Source of the DNA: the human T2T-CHM13v2.0 reference genome, Homo sapiens
Direction: 5' to 3' (one strand)
NCBI RefSeq assembly: GCF_009914755.1
Contig: NC_060944.1
DNA: 64,000 nucleotides
Under the pieces are notes generated by a model. The model did not search any database, was not told the DNA's origin, and worked only from the letters and a program-made list of their open reading frames with translations. Every line of letters starts with the position of its first letter. Positions within the stretch are counted from its first letter, which is position 1. The position numbers and the translations under genes were made by a program. Below are positions 24,600 through 37,390 of the stretch, in pieces.

Positions 24600-26340
24600 T
24601 ATCTTCACATGCTTTTTTACCTCCAAATAGATCTATCCACATGCCTCTTCCCAACTTCCTTATCACTAATTTCCCAATCGTTCCTTCTAAGTTCCTGACC
24701 ATCAGCCAAACCAGTGACCACAGCCCATGAATCAGTTTGTTTCCCATGCCTGGCCATTTCTCCTTCTAAGCAAAGTGCACAACCAAGTATACTGCACAAA
24801 GTTCTACCCACTGGGAGGGTTTCCTTTCACCGCTGTCCTTCAGGGATGTCCCAGAAAGGAACTGTAGTGCTGCAACCTCCACTTTCTGGCAGTGCCTTAA
24901 TATTGTGCAGAACCATCTGTAAACCAGGCCTGAGTCTTCTCTTCATCTATTAACTGATCCTAGGGAACTCTTTATGAGGCCACAGGTGCAGGCTGGGAGA
25001 GAGAAGGCAGCATAACAAGAGTGGGGACCATGGACATTTGGGGGACTTCTTCATGTAACTTGCTTGTGCCTTCAGAGCCTGCTTGGGCCCAGTCGCATAT
25101 ATACCACTTCCAATTGGTGATGGAGTACTGCTGTGCACACCCAACTTTATGGCTTTTTGGGTCAGATAACAATCAGCTCATGATGGACAACCCAGGTTGC
25201 ATGGTAACTTTGTGACCCATGGCTACTTAGCCATGGGTTAAGTCTATACTAAACCCCAGTGTTCAGTCTATACTAAAGCCCAATGACAGGCCAAAAGCTG
25301 TTTCTCAAAAGGGGAGTAGTTATTCACAGAGTACATCAGGGCTTTCATCCAAAATCCTAAGGGCCTGCACTGTGATTCCCCTATAGGAGCAAGCAAAAGA
25401 CTCCTTGCAGCATCCCCATCTGCCACTGACACTTTGAGCACCATTGGATCTTCTGGGTCACATGCACAGCAGCCTGGACCTGCTGCAAAGTGTTCGCTTC
25501 TTCTGCTCTTGTTCACTCAAAACTTGCAGCTTTTAGGGTCACAAGACAAATGGGATGAATAACCCAGATGAGGAATATGTTGCCTCCAAACTACAAAGAG
25601 GCCCACAAGGCAATGTGCCCCTTTTTTTTGTTGTAGGAGGAACCAGATGCAACAACTTGCCCTTCACTTTAGAAGGGATATTTTAACAGGCTCTACACTA
25701 CAGGAAACCTAGAAATTTCACTGAGGTAGAAGGCCTCTGAATTTTTGTTGAATTTATTTCCCACCTTCTGATACACAAATATCTTACCAGTAAGTCTGGA
25801 GTCATTACTGCTCCTTGCTCACTAGGTCCAGTAAAGCATAGTGTCATTAATGACGTTGATTAATGTGGTCTCCTGTGGAAGGGAAAGGCAATTAAGATCC
25901 CTGCAAACAAGTGTGCGGTAGGGCTGGAGAGTTGATAGGCCCTGAGGCAGCACAGTGAAGGTGTGTTGCTGACCTTGACAACTGAAAGCAAACTGCTCCT
26001 CCTGGGCTTGACAAACAGGTAAGAAGAAAGAGGAATTGGCCAGATCAATAACTGCATGCCAGGACCCAGGGGATGTGTTACTTTGCTTAAACAATTCAGC
26101 TACATCTGATGCAGCAGCTCAACTGGAGTCATTGCCTGGTTAATCTTATGATAAGCCACGGTCAGTCTCCAAGATGTGTCTGTCTTCAGCACAGGCCACA
26201 TCGGCCAGTGAATACATGTGGCAGGAATCACTACCCCTGCATCCTTGAAGTCCTTGATGGTGGCACTAATTTCTGCCATCCGTCTAAGAATACAGCATTC
26301 CTTTTGGTTTATTATTTTCCCAGATAGAGGCAGTTCTAGT
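24600..26340 (-). pseudogene. ERV-L reverse transcriptase / tether / RNase H remnant
   Basis: WHAVIDLANSSFFLPV...QFAFSCQGQQHTFTVLPQG; INDTML (decayed YIDD); RPLGFWMKAL...NYSPFEKQLLACHWAL; TDSWAVVTGLA. Confidence 0.9.
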
Positions 26341-27699
26341 GTCTTTTACTTGGCTTTTCCTACTCCTCACTCCACAGGTTAGGGAACCAGTGTGGGAGAG
26401 GATTCTGAAAGCTACTGAGTATGCCTGTTCAAATTATGCATTCCAGAACCTGGAAAATAAACACAGGATGGGCTGTGGGACCCACTGGGTCCACTGTGAG
26501 ATGGACCTAAGCTAAAACTCCATTATCATCTGAATCCCTCCCCACTCCTAGCCCCATCAAAAAAAAACCCACATCTGATTCGTGGGCCACAGTGAAATTT
26601 TGGGTCTCCTGGAATTAATGTTTGCTCAGAGTCAGTGTCTAGCAGTCTCTGAAAGGTTTACTTCCTTTTCCTCAATGCAGTTATACTGATATATACATAC
26701 ATGCCTCCATTTTGGGAAGACTAGGAGCAAGATTAACAGCACAGACTTTTGGGAGTGCCAGGATCCTTCCTCAAGGTGACCTGTCCTCCCCTTCATTCAA
26801 GGAGTTCTGGGTCTATAAACTGGCTTAGGTCTGGGAATTGATTGAGGGACCGTGATTCTCAGTTTTTATGTTTCAGGTTAGATTTTTATTCAGTTGACCT
26901 AAAACTTTTCTGTTTATAAAATCATGTAGGAATTTAGTAGGCTTACTGTCTATTTCACTTCTAGGAACACCATGATCACCTAGCTGATGCCACAGGTGCT
27001 TTGGAGTCAGTCTACTTGATTGCTGCTTTGGCCCTGCCCTCCATTAGAGTAACCATGCCTATCTCGTCTTTGGTGGCTGAGTGCTGCCTCTTGGCCCCTG
27101 GCACCCCAGGATCTAATTACTCCCATTGCATTTAGGTTTCTTAATTGAGTGGCTGTCATTGCCAATGTAAGGTTCAGCCATCAGAGAAGAGTGACCATAG
27201 AGCTCTTCAAGGATGCTGGGGCTCCCCTCACAGACTTGTTTCTCACAGTAGTGATGAAAAGTATGGTTTCTGGGCCCTCCTACTGTGGGTGAGTAGTTCC
27301 TAAATGACAAATGCAGTATAACACTTCCTTTGCTGAAGAGTACACATTTGCAGATTAGCGCATTACCGGCTCAAACATAATCTCTCACCAGTTGAGAAAC
27401 TGGGCCTTGGTAAATACTCTAATTCCTATGTTCAAAAATTCATGTGGTTTGCTGCCAAGGCATCATATTAAATTAGAATGACATCCATCAAATTTTATGA
27501 AACTCAAATTTAGAAGAGTACACACTTAAGACTAATGCTTAGGATAAATTTTTTTAAATGAAAATCTCATCTCAGATCCCAGTTGGGACTTAGATGATGC
27601 TTTTTAGACTCTCAGCTTATCTTTCAAAAAATCAAGCAATGTTTTGCATAGCAGACATCATTTGCCCCTCACAAGGCAGCCCCTTGGCCCTATCAATGT

Positions 27700-28141
27700 C
27701 AGTGCAACTGTGCAAGGTAGCTCCATGCACGTCGCCAGCTCCCACCACAAGGGCACACAGCGGGGTAGCTGCGTCTACCTCAAGGCTCTCTCCAAAGGTG
27801 CAGCCTGGGAATGTGGGAGGGGAATGGTGATGGGATAGTGCTGGTGTGTGTCCCAGGCACAATTACTGCCAATGAGAACCAGCAGCCAGTGCATAAATGT
27901 CCCATTTTTAAAGGGATAGCTTTTAGGTGAATTCTACAGGGCTTCTCAGAGGATCATTAGTTAGACAAAGATGCCATTGCCCACAGCAATAACCAGCTCA
28001 ATTATGTTCCTTCTATTGATTTCCTGTCTGTTCCTGTCTCCTTCCCCTCATTTATCCTTCTTGGGATCACCTCTCAAATAAAATACCTGCACCCAGAACG
28101 ACGTGTTGGGCTCTGCTTTTGGCAGAGCCCAGGTAAAGGCA
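27700..28141 (+). mobile_element. LTR33/LTR16-like ERVL LTR
   Basis: ttcctgtctccttcccctc...ttcttgggatcacctctcaaataaaatacctgcaccc...ggctctgcttttgg. Confidence 0.6.
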
Positions 28142-29863
28142 CTGGCTTGCCTACAACCTATGAAAATGTGGAAACCCATGTGTTTGGTTTTCCATGTTGG
28201 GAAGTGGTGAATATGTGTTACTGTTGTGTTGGATAAGGCCAGAAGGTAGGTATTCTTAGGATAACAGCACTCATTTGATGGGGAATTGATTTCAATAGGT
28301 ATCTTTCCATTCTCAATCCTCATAAATTTACTGGTCACTTACTACATAGAAAATTTCATGACATGCACTGTGAAAGCTAGAGAGGAGAATAAATTGAATT
28401 AATCTCTTGTAGTTATCATAATTTAGGAGGTATAAGCATATGGAAATGTGACCAGCATGGTGGCATGGTATTTAAGACCCAAGTGTCAAGCACAAAAAGG
28501 CAGCTCATTCAGAGTTCAGAGATTGAAAGTATTAGTAGAAACTAGAGTAGTGACGAAACACATCACAAGATACATAAACCTTGAAATTGGCTCTGAAAAA
28601 TAACTATGTTCCTGACCAGTACTAAGAGACACTAATATCATAATTCTGAAAAATAGTTCCCCACCTTTACCCAACATAAATGGCTTGGCAATTCTATCTA
28701 GCAGTCATTGCCCCAGGGTGTATAATGGGATAGATCACTCACCACTAACATGTAGGAACCAGGAGTAACCCTACAAATGGTGAAGTATGAGGCAGAGAAT
28801 GAGGATGTGGCAGACCTACAGCTGGAAGAGCAGTCATTCTTTGATGTGTTATATTAGAGCACACTTTTCTTTATCACTACCTTTTGAAGACCTGTGGTCT
28901 TCATATACTAAAAAGAAAGAACATGTCCTTGGGCTATGCTTGTGGTAACAGGACAGATAGGTATGTGAACACATTCTGTGAAGATTTACAAGACAGGCAT
29001 GCTTGAAGCACTAAGGGGAAACAGTGGGATTCACTTACGAAGAGCAGCAATGAATGCACAGGTGTCTATTTACCCCAGACTTAAAAATGAAGCAGTCTCA
29101 TTCTTAGGACAGCATGAGTTCATTTAGTTTGGAAATGAAAAGAAGACAAGACATTCAGGGAAAGGATTACATTCACAGCAGGTTTTAAAAGATGACTAGT
29201 AGTTCAATGGACAGTCAAGATGATGCTGGGCGATCTGGGAAGGTATACTGCCTGGGCTGTTGGGTTATTTTTACAAATAACATGTCCCTACTCTCAGGGA
29301 CCCTTGGACTCTGATTTATCATCCTACCCTTCTGTTTCAGTTCTTTCTATTCAAAGGGACTGAAAATCCCAGAATTCAAATTATGACCCCCCAAAAAAGT
29401 GTTATTACAAATGTATGAAATAATCTCACTGAAAGGTATAGAGGTGCAAGGTATTGACCTAAGTAATTTTAGAGAAGAATAGAATGTAGAAGGCAAAGGA
29501 ACTGCCCATCAGCACTGTGTTCTAGTTAATAAAATTGTCTCCAATGGGGCACATGGGTAAATGGTTCTGAAACCAGTGTACAGGTAAACTTCAATGGAAC
29601 AAATGAGTAAACTGATGGCAGAAGGTGGAGCTAGGTTTCTCACTGCTGGAGTGGAATGTTGTAGAAAATCAACGGCTAGAACTCATGTGATGCTGGATTA
29701 GAGTTGGAGACATCAGCATAAATTTATATTTAGCTTAATATAAAGATAGAAAAATAGATGTTAGTAAACACACATATATTTCCTTGCTCTATCTGCTGAG
29801 AGGGTCTAGAAACAATGATACCCCAGCAGCAATAAATATATCTAACACCCAGGTTTTGGGTTT

Positions 29864-30224
29864 TGTGGTAGGCAGATTAATTTTTTTCCTCATCTTAATC
29901 TCAACTCTCCTCATCTTAATCTCAGAAACCTGTGAATATGATAGGTTACTGGCTAAGGGAAATTAAAGTTGCTGAAGAAATTAAATTTGCTAATTAGATG
30001 ACCTTAAAATGAAGAAATTATTCTAGATTATCTGGCTGGGCCCAAATTAATGACAAGGGTCCTTGTAAGTAGCAGAGAGAGGCAGAAGATGAGTCCATTT
30101 CAGAGTGACGGTATGTGAGGAAGTCTCTATCAGCCACTGGGAGCTTTGAAGGTAAAAGGGGACCACAAGTCACAGAGTACAGGCAGCCTCTAGAAAATGA
30201 AGCAGACAAGAAAAATAGATTCTC
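29864..30224 (+). mobile_element. MLT1D-like MaLR LTR (partial)
   Basis: tgtggtaggcagattaa...cctgtgaatatg...tgctaattagatgaccttaaaat...gattatctggctgggcccaa. Confidence 0.8.
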
Positions 30225-30504
30225 TGTTATGACATGTACCCTTGACATGATGTAATCAGAATGACACTTCAGCCCTGTTGTTTTTCTTTCCAAAACTCAT
30301 AACTCCATGACTTCTCTAATGATGAGAAAAACATATAAACCCCAATAGAAAGCATGCTAAAAAAAATAGTAGTTTCAACAGAAAGCAAGAAAACTGACAT
30401 TGTCATCAAAAACAAGCAAATTATAAGAAACTGTTACAGCCAGGATTTGCCTAAATGTACATGATTACAAAATGCAATATAATATCCTGGATGGGATTCT
30501 GGAG

Positions 30505-30828
30505 CACACACACACACAAACACACACAAACACACACATACACACACATACACCACACACACACACAAATACACACATACACACACATACACATACACCA
30601 CACACACATACACCACACACACGCACACACCACACACACAAAAATACACACATACACACACATACACATACAAACACACCACACATATACACAGACACAC
30701 AAACACATACACACACACCACACGTACACAAACATACACACAAAGACACACACATACACAAACACAAACACACCTCACATACACACACACCACACACACA
30801 CATATATGCACACACACATACACACATA
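30505..30828. repeat. Long degenerate (CA)n/(CATA)n array
   Basis: ~324 bp of mostly alternating C/A; source of the HT/CV-rich ORFs at 30434-30840. Confidence 0.95.
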
Positions 30829-31072
30829 GGTAAAAACTAAGGTAATCTCAATAAAGTAAGGACTTTAACTATAATTAAATTAAGTTAATTATAATTATAA
30901 TTACAATAAGGACGTTAATAATAACATATCAATACTATTTCATTAATTGCAATAAATATATTATACTAATGTAAGTTGTTAATAATTGAGGAAACGGGGT
31001 GAGGGGTAAATGGGAACTCTGTACTATCTTTGAAACTTTCGCAAATCTGAAACTAGTCTAAAATAAAAAAAT

Positions 31073-32085
31073 GTATTCTACTCTTTACTTGTAAGAGATC
31101 AACTTTTTTAGATTTCACATATGAGTGAGATGAGGCAGTATTTGTCTTTCTGTGCTGGGCTTATTTCACTTAACGTAATGTCTTCTAGGCTCATCCGTAT
31201 CATCACGCATGATTGGATTTCACCCTTTTGAATGTCTGAATAGTATTCCATTGTGTATCTATACCACTTCTAAAATCCATCCATCTGTTGATGGACACTT
31301 ACATTGAGTCTATATCTTGGCTATTATGAATAGCACTGCAATAAACATGGGGTACGATATCTCTTACACACTACTTTTATTTTTATATACATTCCAAGTA
31401 GTAGGATTGTTGGGTCATATGGTAGTTCCATTTTTAATCTTTTCAGGAACCTCCACACTGTTGTCCAGATGGCTGTACTAATTTACATTCCCACTAACAG
31501 TATATGAGCTCCCATTTCTCCACATTCTCACCAGCATTTGTTAATTTGTGTCTTTTTAATAATAGCATTCTAACTCTGGCGAGGTGAAAACTCATTGTGT
31601 TTTTTAAATGTATGCATAATAGATGTACATATTTTTGGTGTACATTTGATATTTTGGTACAATCCTATAAAGTGTAAAGATCAAATCAGGGTAACTGGGA
31701 TATCCATCGCCTTACACATTTATCTTTTCTTTATGCCAGAAACATTCAAATTCTTCTCTTCTAGCTATTTTGAATTGTACAATGGATCATTGTTAACTAT
31801 AGTCGCCTACTGATCTCTTGAACACTAGGTCTTATTTCTTCTACCTAACCTAATCTTTGTACCCATTAATGATCTTGAGCATTTTGTCATACACCTGTTG
31901 GCCATTTGTATGTCTTCTTTCGAGAAATGTCCATTGAGGTGTTTAAAATCAGATTATTTTAAAATCCGTTTAATATCAGAATTTTTTTTGCTGTTGTTTG
32001 AGTTCCTTATATATTCCAGATATTAACTCCAGATATTGTCAGGTGTGTAATGTCAGTTTGCAAATATTTTCTCCCCTTTGTTGTT
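31073..32085 (-). mobile_element. L1MA inverted 5' segment (twin-priming product)
   Basis: Antisense L1MA ORF2-end/3' UTR: ttctactctttacttgtaagagatcaacttttttagatttcacatatgagtgagat...tttgcaaatattttctccc. Confidence 0.85.
31598..31870 (-). mobile_element. Second L1MA 3' end nested inside the inverted segment
   Basis: tttttaaatgtatgcataatagatgtacatattttt...gatcaaatcagggtaactgggatatccatc...ctttgtacccattaa; host L1 resumes afterwards. Confidence 0.75.
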
Positions 32086-32422
32086 TGCTTCCCTAGAGGC
32101 TGGGGAGAGTGATGGGGAGGGGGGGGACGCAGTGAGGCTGCTCCATGGTTACCAAGTTACAGTTAGATGAGGAGAATTCGATCTTGTATTCCATTGCACA
32201 CTAGGGTGACTAGAGTTAAAAATAATGTATTGTATATTTCAAAACAGCTAGAAGAGAGAATTTTGAATGCTCTCACTACAAAAAGTGATGAGTGTTTGAG
32301 ATGATAGATACACTCATTACCCTGATTTGATCATTACACAATGTATACATGTGTCAAAACATAACGCTTCACCCCATAAATATGTACAATTATTACGTGT
32401 CAATTAAAAACAAAATAAAACT
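32086..32422 (+). mobile_element. L1MA 3' terminal segment
   Basis: agaggctgggg...aaacagctagaagagagaattttgaatg...ccccataaatatgtacaattattacgtgtcaattaaaaacaaaataaaa. Confidence 0.88.
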
Positions 32423-34002
32423 TTAAGAAGTGTACTAATTCAAACGGGAGCTGAGATAGCAGGGCTACACAGAGCAGGGGCTAATGGAACTTTACAGAGA
32501 TAAGGTGCCAAATCTTGCAAGGAGGAAAAAACCCAAATGTGAGAAGATTTTTGTAAGGTTAACTTAAAAGATCAGTAAATTATCATTTAAGTGAAAGCTC
32601 TGAGTAGCAGTCATGTAGCTGGTTTCTTTTTTCCCTCTAAAGCAGTTTAGAAAATGTGCTTCCAAGGGCACTCATGGGAGGGTTCTGAGTTCATTCTGTG
32701 GCCTGTTGTAAATAGTTTTAGTGCCAAGCCCCTGGTTTCAAAGGGGTGATGAGATTGTTTCTGACCAGCATTTATTCTCTTAGTTGAAAGGAAGTGGTCC
32801 CTTCTGTTCAGTTTGTGTCTTGCAGGGAAAAGGAAGGTACGTGAGAAGGATGAAATGTTTTCAGCACGCCTCCCGGGCAGCCCTGTGACCCGGCAGGTTC
32901 CAGGAGACTTGAGTCAGCTTCAGCAGGAACTGAGGCTAAAGGATGTGGTTGAATAGGATGGCCACAGGCTAGGGCTGCAGGAAGCCTCATTTCCCTGAGC
33001 TGGATAGTCTTGAGACAGTTGGATGTCACAAAACACAGAAGAGGACTAATAGGAAAAAATAGCACCTGAAGAGAAAGTTTTAATGCACAGGGGGATGCAT
33101 TTAAAAAATAAAGCTACTGTTTCTGCTGGTGAACACTGAAAGAAAGTGCAAAAATAGAGTCTTACTATTTCTACACCGGTGAAGCAAAACCCCACTCCTC
33201 TCCCAGCAATGAAGAACTCTGTCCCACAATGACACTGACTCTTTTCTTCCATTCCAAGATCATGTAGTGCAGACCAGTAGCACAAAAATCTTTCATGGAT
33301 GGAACCAAAATGCTGGGTGATAGACTCCTGCCCACTGAGGACAGCTTGGCCCGGCAGCCCCGCCGCCCCTCCATGGCCCTGGCAGCCCCTCAGTGAGGTC
33401 AGAGGGGAGCAGGAGTGTGAAGACAGACAGCCAATTCAGGCCCTGGCTGGTGCTTCACTCAGGCAAGGCCCCTGCCCACACTACTGACGGTCTCTCAGAT
33501 GCAGATCCCTAGTCAGATAAACAACATTGATGATGTCCTTGAAGACCTTCATGAGGGTGAATTATCAGATGCTTTAGTATGAATCTTGGCCCAGAGAAGC
33601 TGCTCAAAAATGCTTCTTCACACCTCCCTGCTCCACTGTATCTGTTAGTTGAGCATTTGAGGGCTTGATCATGTGTAAATTTCGTGATGTTTTCTCAGTA
33701 TATTGTCCCAAATGATACAACTTTCCCCATTTTATCTCTTTGGATTTCATTCTCCTGCTGTTTTAGAGAGTGCTATGGATAGTTGATGCCACAGAGGTAT
33801 TTTTGCTAATTTATAATTGTCAACTGAGACCTAAAAGCTGGCTTTATTAACAAACAAAATCCCCAAAATATCGCAAACCTACACACCCAGAAGCATCACG
33901 AGAAGTCACATAATGAAACACTTTCCCAGTTTATGAAATTAGAGGAAGTGCTCTCAGAAAAAAACGCATTCTATTAAAATAATAATAATAATAATCACCC
34001 CA

Positions 34003-34280
34003 AACCTGGAGGAGTGGCTCACACCTGTAATCCCAGCACTTTGGGATGGCAAAGCCTGAAGAGTGCTTGAGGCCAGGAGTTCAAGACCTGGCCTGAGCAA
34101 TACAGTGAGACCCCGTCTTTACAAGAAATATTAAAACTTAGCCAGGCATGGTGGCAGCACTTGGGAGGCTGAGGTAGGAAGATCACCTGAGCCCAGGAAG
34201 TCGAGGCTGCAGTGAGCTGTGACCACATCACTGCACTCCAGCCTGGGCCACAGTGAGACTGTCTCTTAAAATAAAAAAGA
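34003..34280 (+). mobile_element. AluJ
   Basis: Dimeric Alu with small right-arm deletion; gagcccaggaagtcgaggctgcagtgagc. Confidence 0.9.
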
Positions 34281-34299
34281 ACTCCTCCAATTCCCATCT

Positions 34300-34520
34300 A
34301 CGAACCACTTGCTAAGTGCAGACTCCGCTGTGCTCAAGAAACATCTCGCCCATTCCTCAAACAGTGCTGTGAGCTAAGGGTCACCACTATTCCCAATTTA
34401 AAGTGAGGACATGGTGGTGGCAAGGTGGCCAGTGACATCCTCAAGGTAAGACATTCTAAACGAGTGAAGGGGATACAAAAACAGATTAGCCTGCCACAGT
34501 GACATCCAGCCCTGGCTAAC
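34300..34520 (-). mobile_element. MIR
   Basis: actattcccaatttaaagtgaggacatgg; surrounding antisense MIR pattern. Confidence 0.5.
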
Positions 34521-34849
34521 CAGTGGCTCCTCCAACCCGCACCTGGGAGGCTGTAACCAGGTGGAGGCCACAGGGCCAAACATACTTCAGGTGTGCATCT
34601 TCGCTGATTAAATTGAAGGGGCTCCACTTAATTTCCAGAATACTGCAGTTGTTTGATGGACCCACTAGCCTGCTCCACCGTCTGGAGCCAGCCCCAGTTC
34701 TGCCCATTGTGCTAGTGCCACAGCAGGGGACAGGCTCCCAATCGTCCAGAGCTGGACAGCCCAGAGCCGGGGTTCAACTGAACCTTTCTTTCTCAGCCTC
34801 TGTTTCAACCCTGAATAGGGAAGAGCAACGTCTTTCTCTCTGACTCATC

Positions 34850-36360
34850 TAGTTATATATTCAATGTCTGCTTTAAATGGCTCCATTCTGCAGGTCCAAA
34901 CATGCATGTCTGAGCTCCCCAGGAAGCAGTTCCACATGCTGCCTCCCTCATCCAAAGTGAGGTCAACTCCATCCGTCCTGTTACGCCACAAAGCTTGGAG
35001 TCATCTTGATATATTTCCTTCTCTCACACCCAACAGCTAATCCATTAGGAAAGCCTATGTGCTCCACCTTCAAAGAAAATCCACATCTCCCCGTCACCAT
35101 GCTGTTCTCAGCCCCCACCCACTCTCTCCTTTATTACCCTGGTAGGCTGCTAACTAGTGCCTCTGCTTCTCTAAGCTCCCCAACACACATTCCTCATTGA
35201 ATACTTACAAGCCGGAGTCACCTTCCAAAATGTAAATCAAGCCATACCATTCTTCACTCAAATCAGTCATCTGATCAACCATCCTTTATTCAGAGTGAAG
35301 GCCAAAGTCCTTGAAGCCCACAGGCGCTAGTGCATTGGGCCCCGTTCCTCTCAGAAGCTTTCTCCCCCACCCTCCCTTTTCCTCCCACATCTGAGCCATG
35401 CTGGCCTTATTGCTTGTTTTCCAACAAGCTAATCTGGCTCAGGCCATGGCCAGACCCAGCTCATTCCTGTGCTGGAGTGTTCTTGGCCCAGATATCTACA
35501 TGGCCAAGTCCCTCACCTATGGAATAATAGACACAGACCTGGAGCCCATTCTCAGATTCTCTGCATTACTAGCAAGGATCCCAGCCACAGCCACAGGCCC
35601 ACATAACCTCATGTCCAACTTCTTGCTCAACCACCAGTCTGCTTCTGCACTCAAATGAGAGGCACATGCTGGCTGTGGGTCTGGACTCCTGCGTCATTAC
35701 CAAGGAAGACACAGGTTTTGAGTGCCAGGCCAGTAGCTATCCTTAAGGTAAACACGGGCCACTGGGAGAGGAAAGACAATGGGAGTCAGGCAGCACCCCC
35801 TCCCCTCTCTATGGCGGCTCCCAAATGCAGTTGGTCCAGAGAACATGGGATTCCTGAGGGAGCACGTTGCCATGCCATCTGCCCTTCTCTGTGGCCATTG
35901 ATAAAGTGGCTCCTTTTGGTAACCCACCATTTCACATTGCTTTGCTCACGTCCTGAGCTCGTTTGCCCTGTTCTCCACCCAAGTCCTGGGCTTCCACCTC
36001 CAAGTTGTTCTCCCTTTATCCTTGCCTCAGGTTCTGCTCTCTAGAAGGCTTGGGCTCAGTCATGCCCTAGTGCCTTTGCTCATGTATCTTGAAGGCACAT
36101 TCTGACCACCTGTGTGATTCTGAGATGTCCATGGGACTCCTGGTCCCCTTGGCCTGCTGCATTACTTATATTTTTGTATTGCATTCAACACCTTCTAAGC
36201 TGCTATGCCTTAACTTACACATGATATTTTTTGTTCCTCTGCTGCAGTGGAAGCTCAGCAAGTGTGAGGATCTTTTCTTCATTGATGCATCCCAGGCATC
36301 TACAATCATGCCTGGCATATGGTGGGGACTCAATAAATATTTAGGCAACAATGAATCAGG
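34850..36360 (+). mobile_element. L2 3' region, interrupted ~35525-36050 by an LTR-like insert
   Basis: cttggagtcatcttgat...ctccaccttcaa...aaatgtaaatcaagcc...atgcctggcatatggtggggactcaataaatattt...aatgaat. Confidence 0.75.
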
Positions 36361-36524
36361 TCATTGTTAGGTTAAATGGGAAAACAGGAAAAATGCCAGG
36401 CATGTAGCAATTAGGACTGATTTCTGCACCTAGCTGCTTTCAGGAGTAGCCTCTCTCTTAGCAACTACCTCTCAGGTAAGAGTATGACAGTCAAGGTTTA
36501 TAGCAGTTTGTGAAATATCAAGTG

Positions 36525-37390
36525 CTCTAGTTAGTACAGCTTTGTAACGACCCAAACTTGTGTCATAAAATAGCCACTGTATTATCCTTCTGTATTGTGT
36601 ATCAAGGGCAGACCAGGCAAGGTGGGGTTGGCTTGTTTCTCTGTGATGTCTGGAGCCTCAGCTGAAGACTTGTTTCTGGGATGACTCAATGATTAGAGGC
36701 TGAAATTGATGGAAAACATGTTAAGACTCATGTCTGGGAATTGCTGTGGGATATTGACCAGAACCACAGCTGAGTTGTCAGCAGAAATATCTACACATGG
36801 TTTCTCCATGTGGTGTCTCCAAGTGAGCTAGCTCAAGCTTCCTCACAGCATGACTGAGTTCCAAGCGCCAGTAAACTAAAGGAACAGGTAGAAGCCCTAT
36901 ACTTTTTCTGACCTGGTATCAGGAGTCGCATGGCATCACATGTGATGTAGTCATCAGCCTGACAGAGTTGGGGCAGAAAACAGGCCCCATCTCTCAATGA
37001 GAGAAGGGCCAAAGGGCATATGGAACATCTCAGCCCAGAGGAGCTAAGAAATCATGACAACAATGCAGGATCTTGGATGGGCTCCTGGAACAGAAAAGGG
37101 GCATGCGATAAAAAGTAAGGAAATCTGAATGAAGTTGGGACTTTAGTTAATATCAATGCATCAGTATTAGTTAATTAACTGTGCCAAATATACCATACTA
37201 ATTTCGGATGTTAATGATAAGGGAAATGGTTGTAGAGTACATGGAAACCCTCTCTACTAGCGCCACAGTTTTCCTATCAATAGTCTAAAGCTGTTTTCAA
37301 AAATAAAGCTTATTTTAAAAAGGAAAAAAAAGAGCATATGGGTCAGCATATATTATTGAAACCCTTTTAGAAAAATATAATCTGCCACAA
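36525..37390 (-). mobile_element. MLT1-type LTR interrupted by an L1 fragment
   Basis: tctacacatggtttctccatgtgg...gcttcctcacagcatg...ccccatctctcaatgagagaa...aaatataatctgccaca. Confidence 0.7.
37024..37328 (+). mobile_element. Short L1MC/MD-type 3' end with TSD
   Basis: gatcttggatgggctcctggaacagaaaagg...ggaaatctgaatgaagt...; TSD aaag(g/a)gcatatgg at 37011-37023 and 37329-37341. Confidence 0.8.

Larger units (their letters stand above)
22486..27310 (-). mobile_element. ERV-L (class III, HERV-L-related) internal region, decayed and 5'-truncated
   Basis: Minus-strand remnants in ERV-L order: gag (~26700-27310), protease LLDTDSEQTLIPGDPK (~26590-26650), RT, tether/RNaseH, integrase, dUTPase; many stops and frameshifts; no env. 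Confidence 0.93.
29390..31071 (+). mobile_element. L1MC/MD-type 3' UTR, interrupted by MLT1 and a CA array
   Basis: atcctggatgggattctgga...aggtaaaaactaaggtaatctcaataaagtaaggacttt...tgggaactctgtactatctttg...ctaaaataaaaaaa. Confidence 0.8.

Noticed and set aside
23327-26340. Domesticated or functional retroviral enzyme gene
   Set aside because: Numerous frameshifts and stops; the RT YIDD motif (and the adjacent protease DTG) is mutated.
30434-30840. His/Thr-rich and Cys/Val-rich ORFs
   Set aside because: Artefacts of the stop-free CA array.
5500-36700. Scattered AP-1 TGA(C/G)TCA sites
   Set aside because: The count is near chance expectation (~8 per 64 kb); only the one in MER41B has supporting context.
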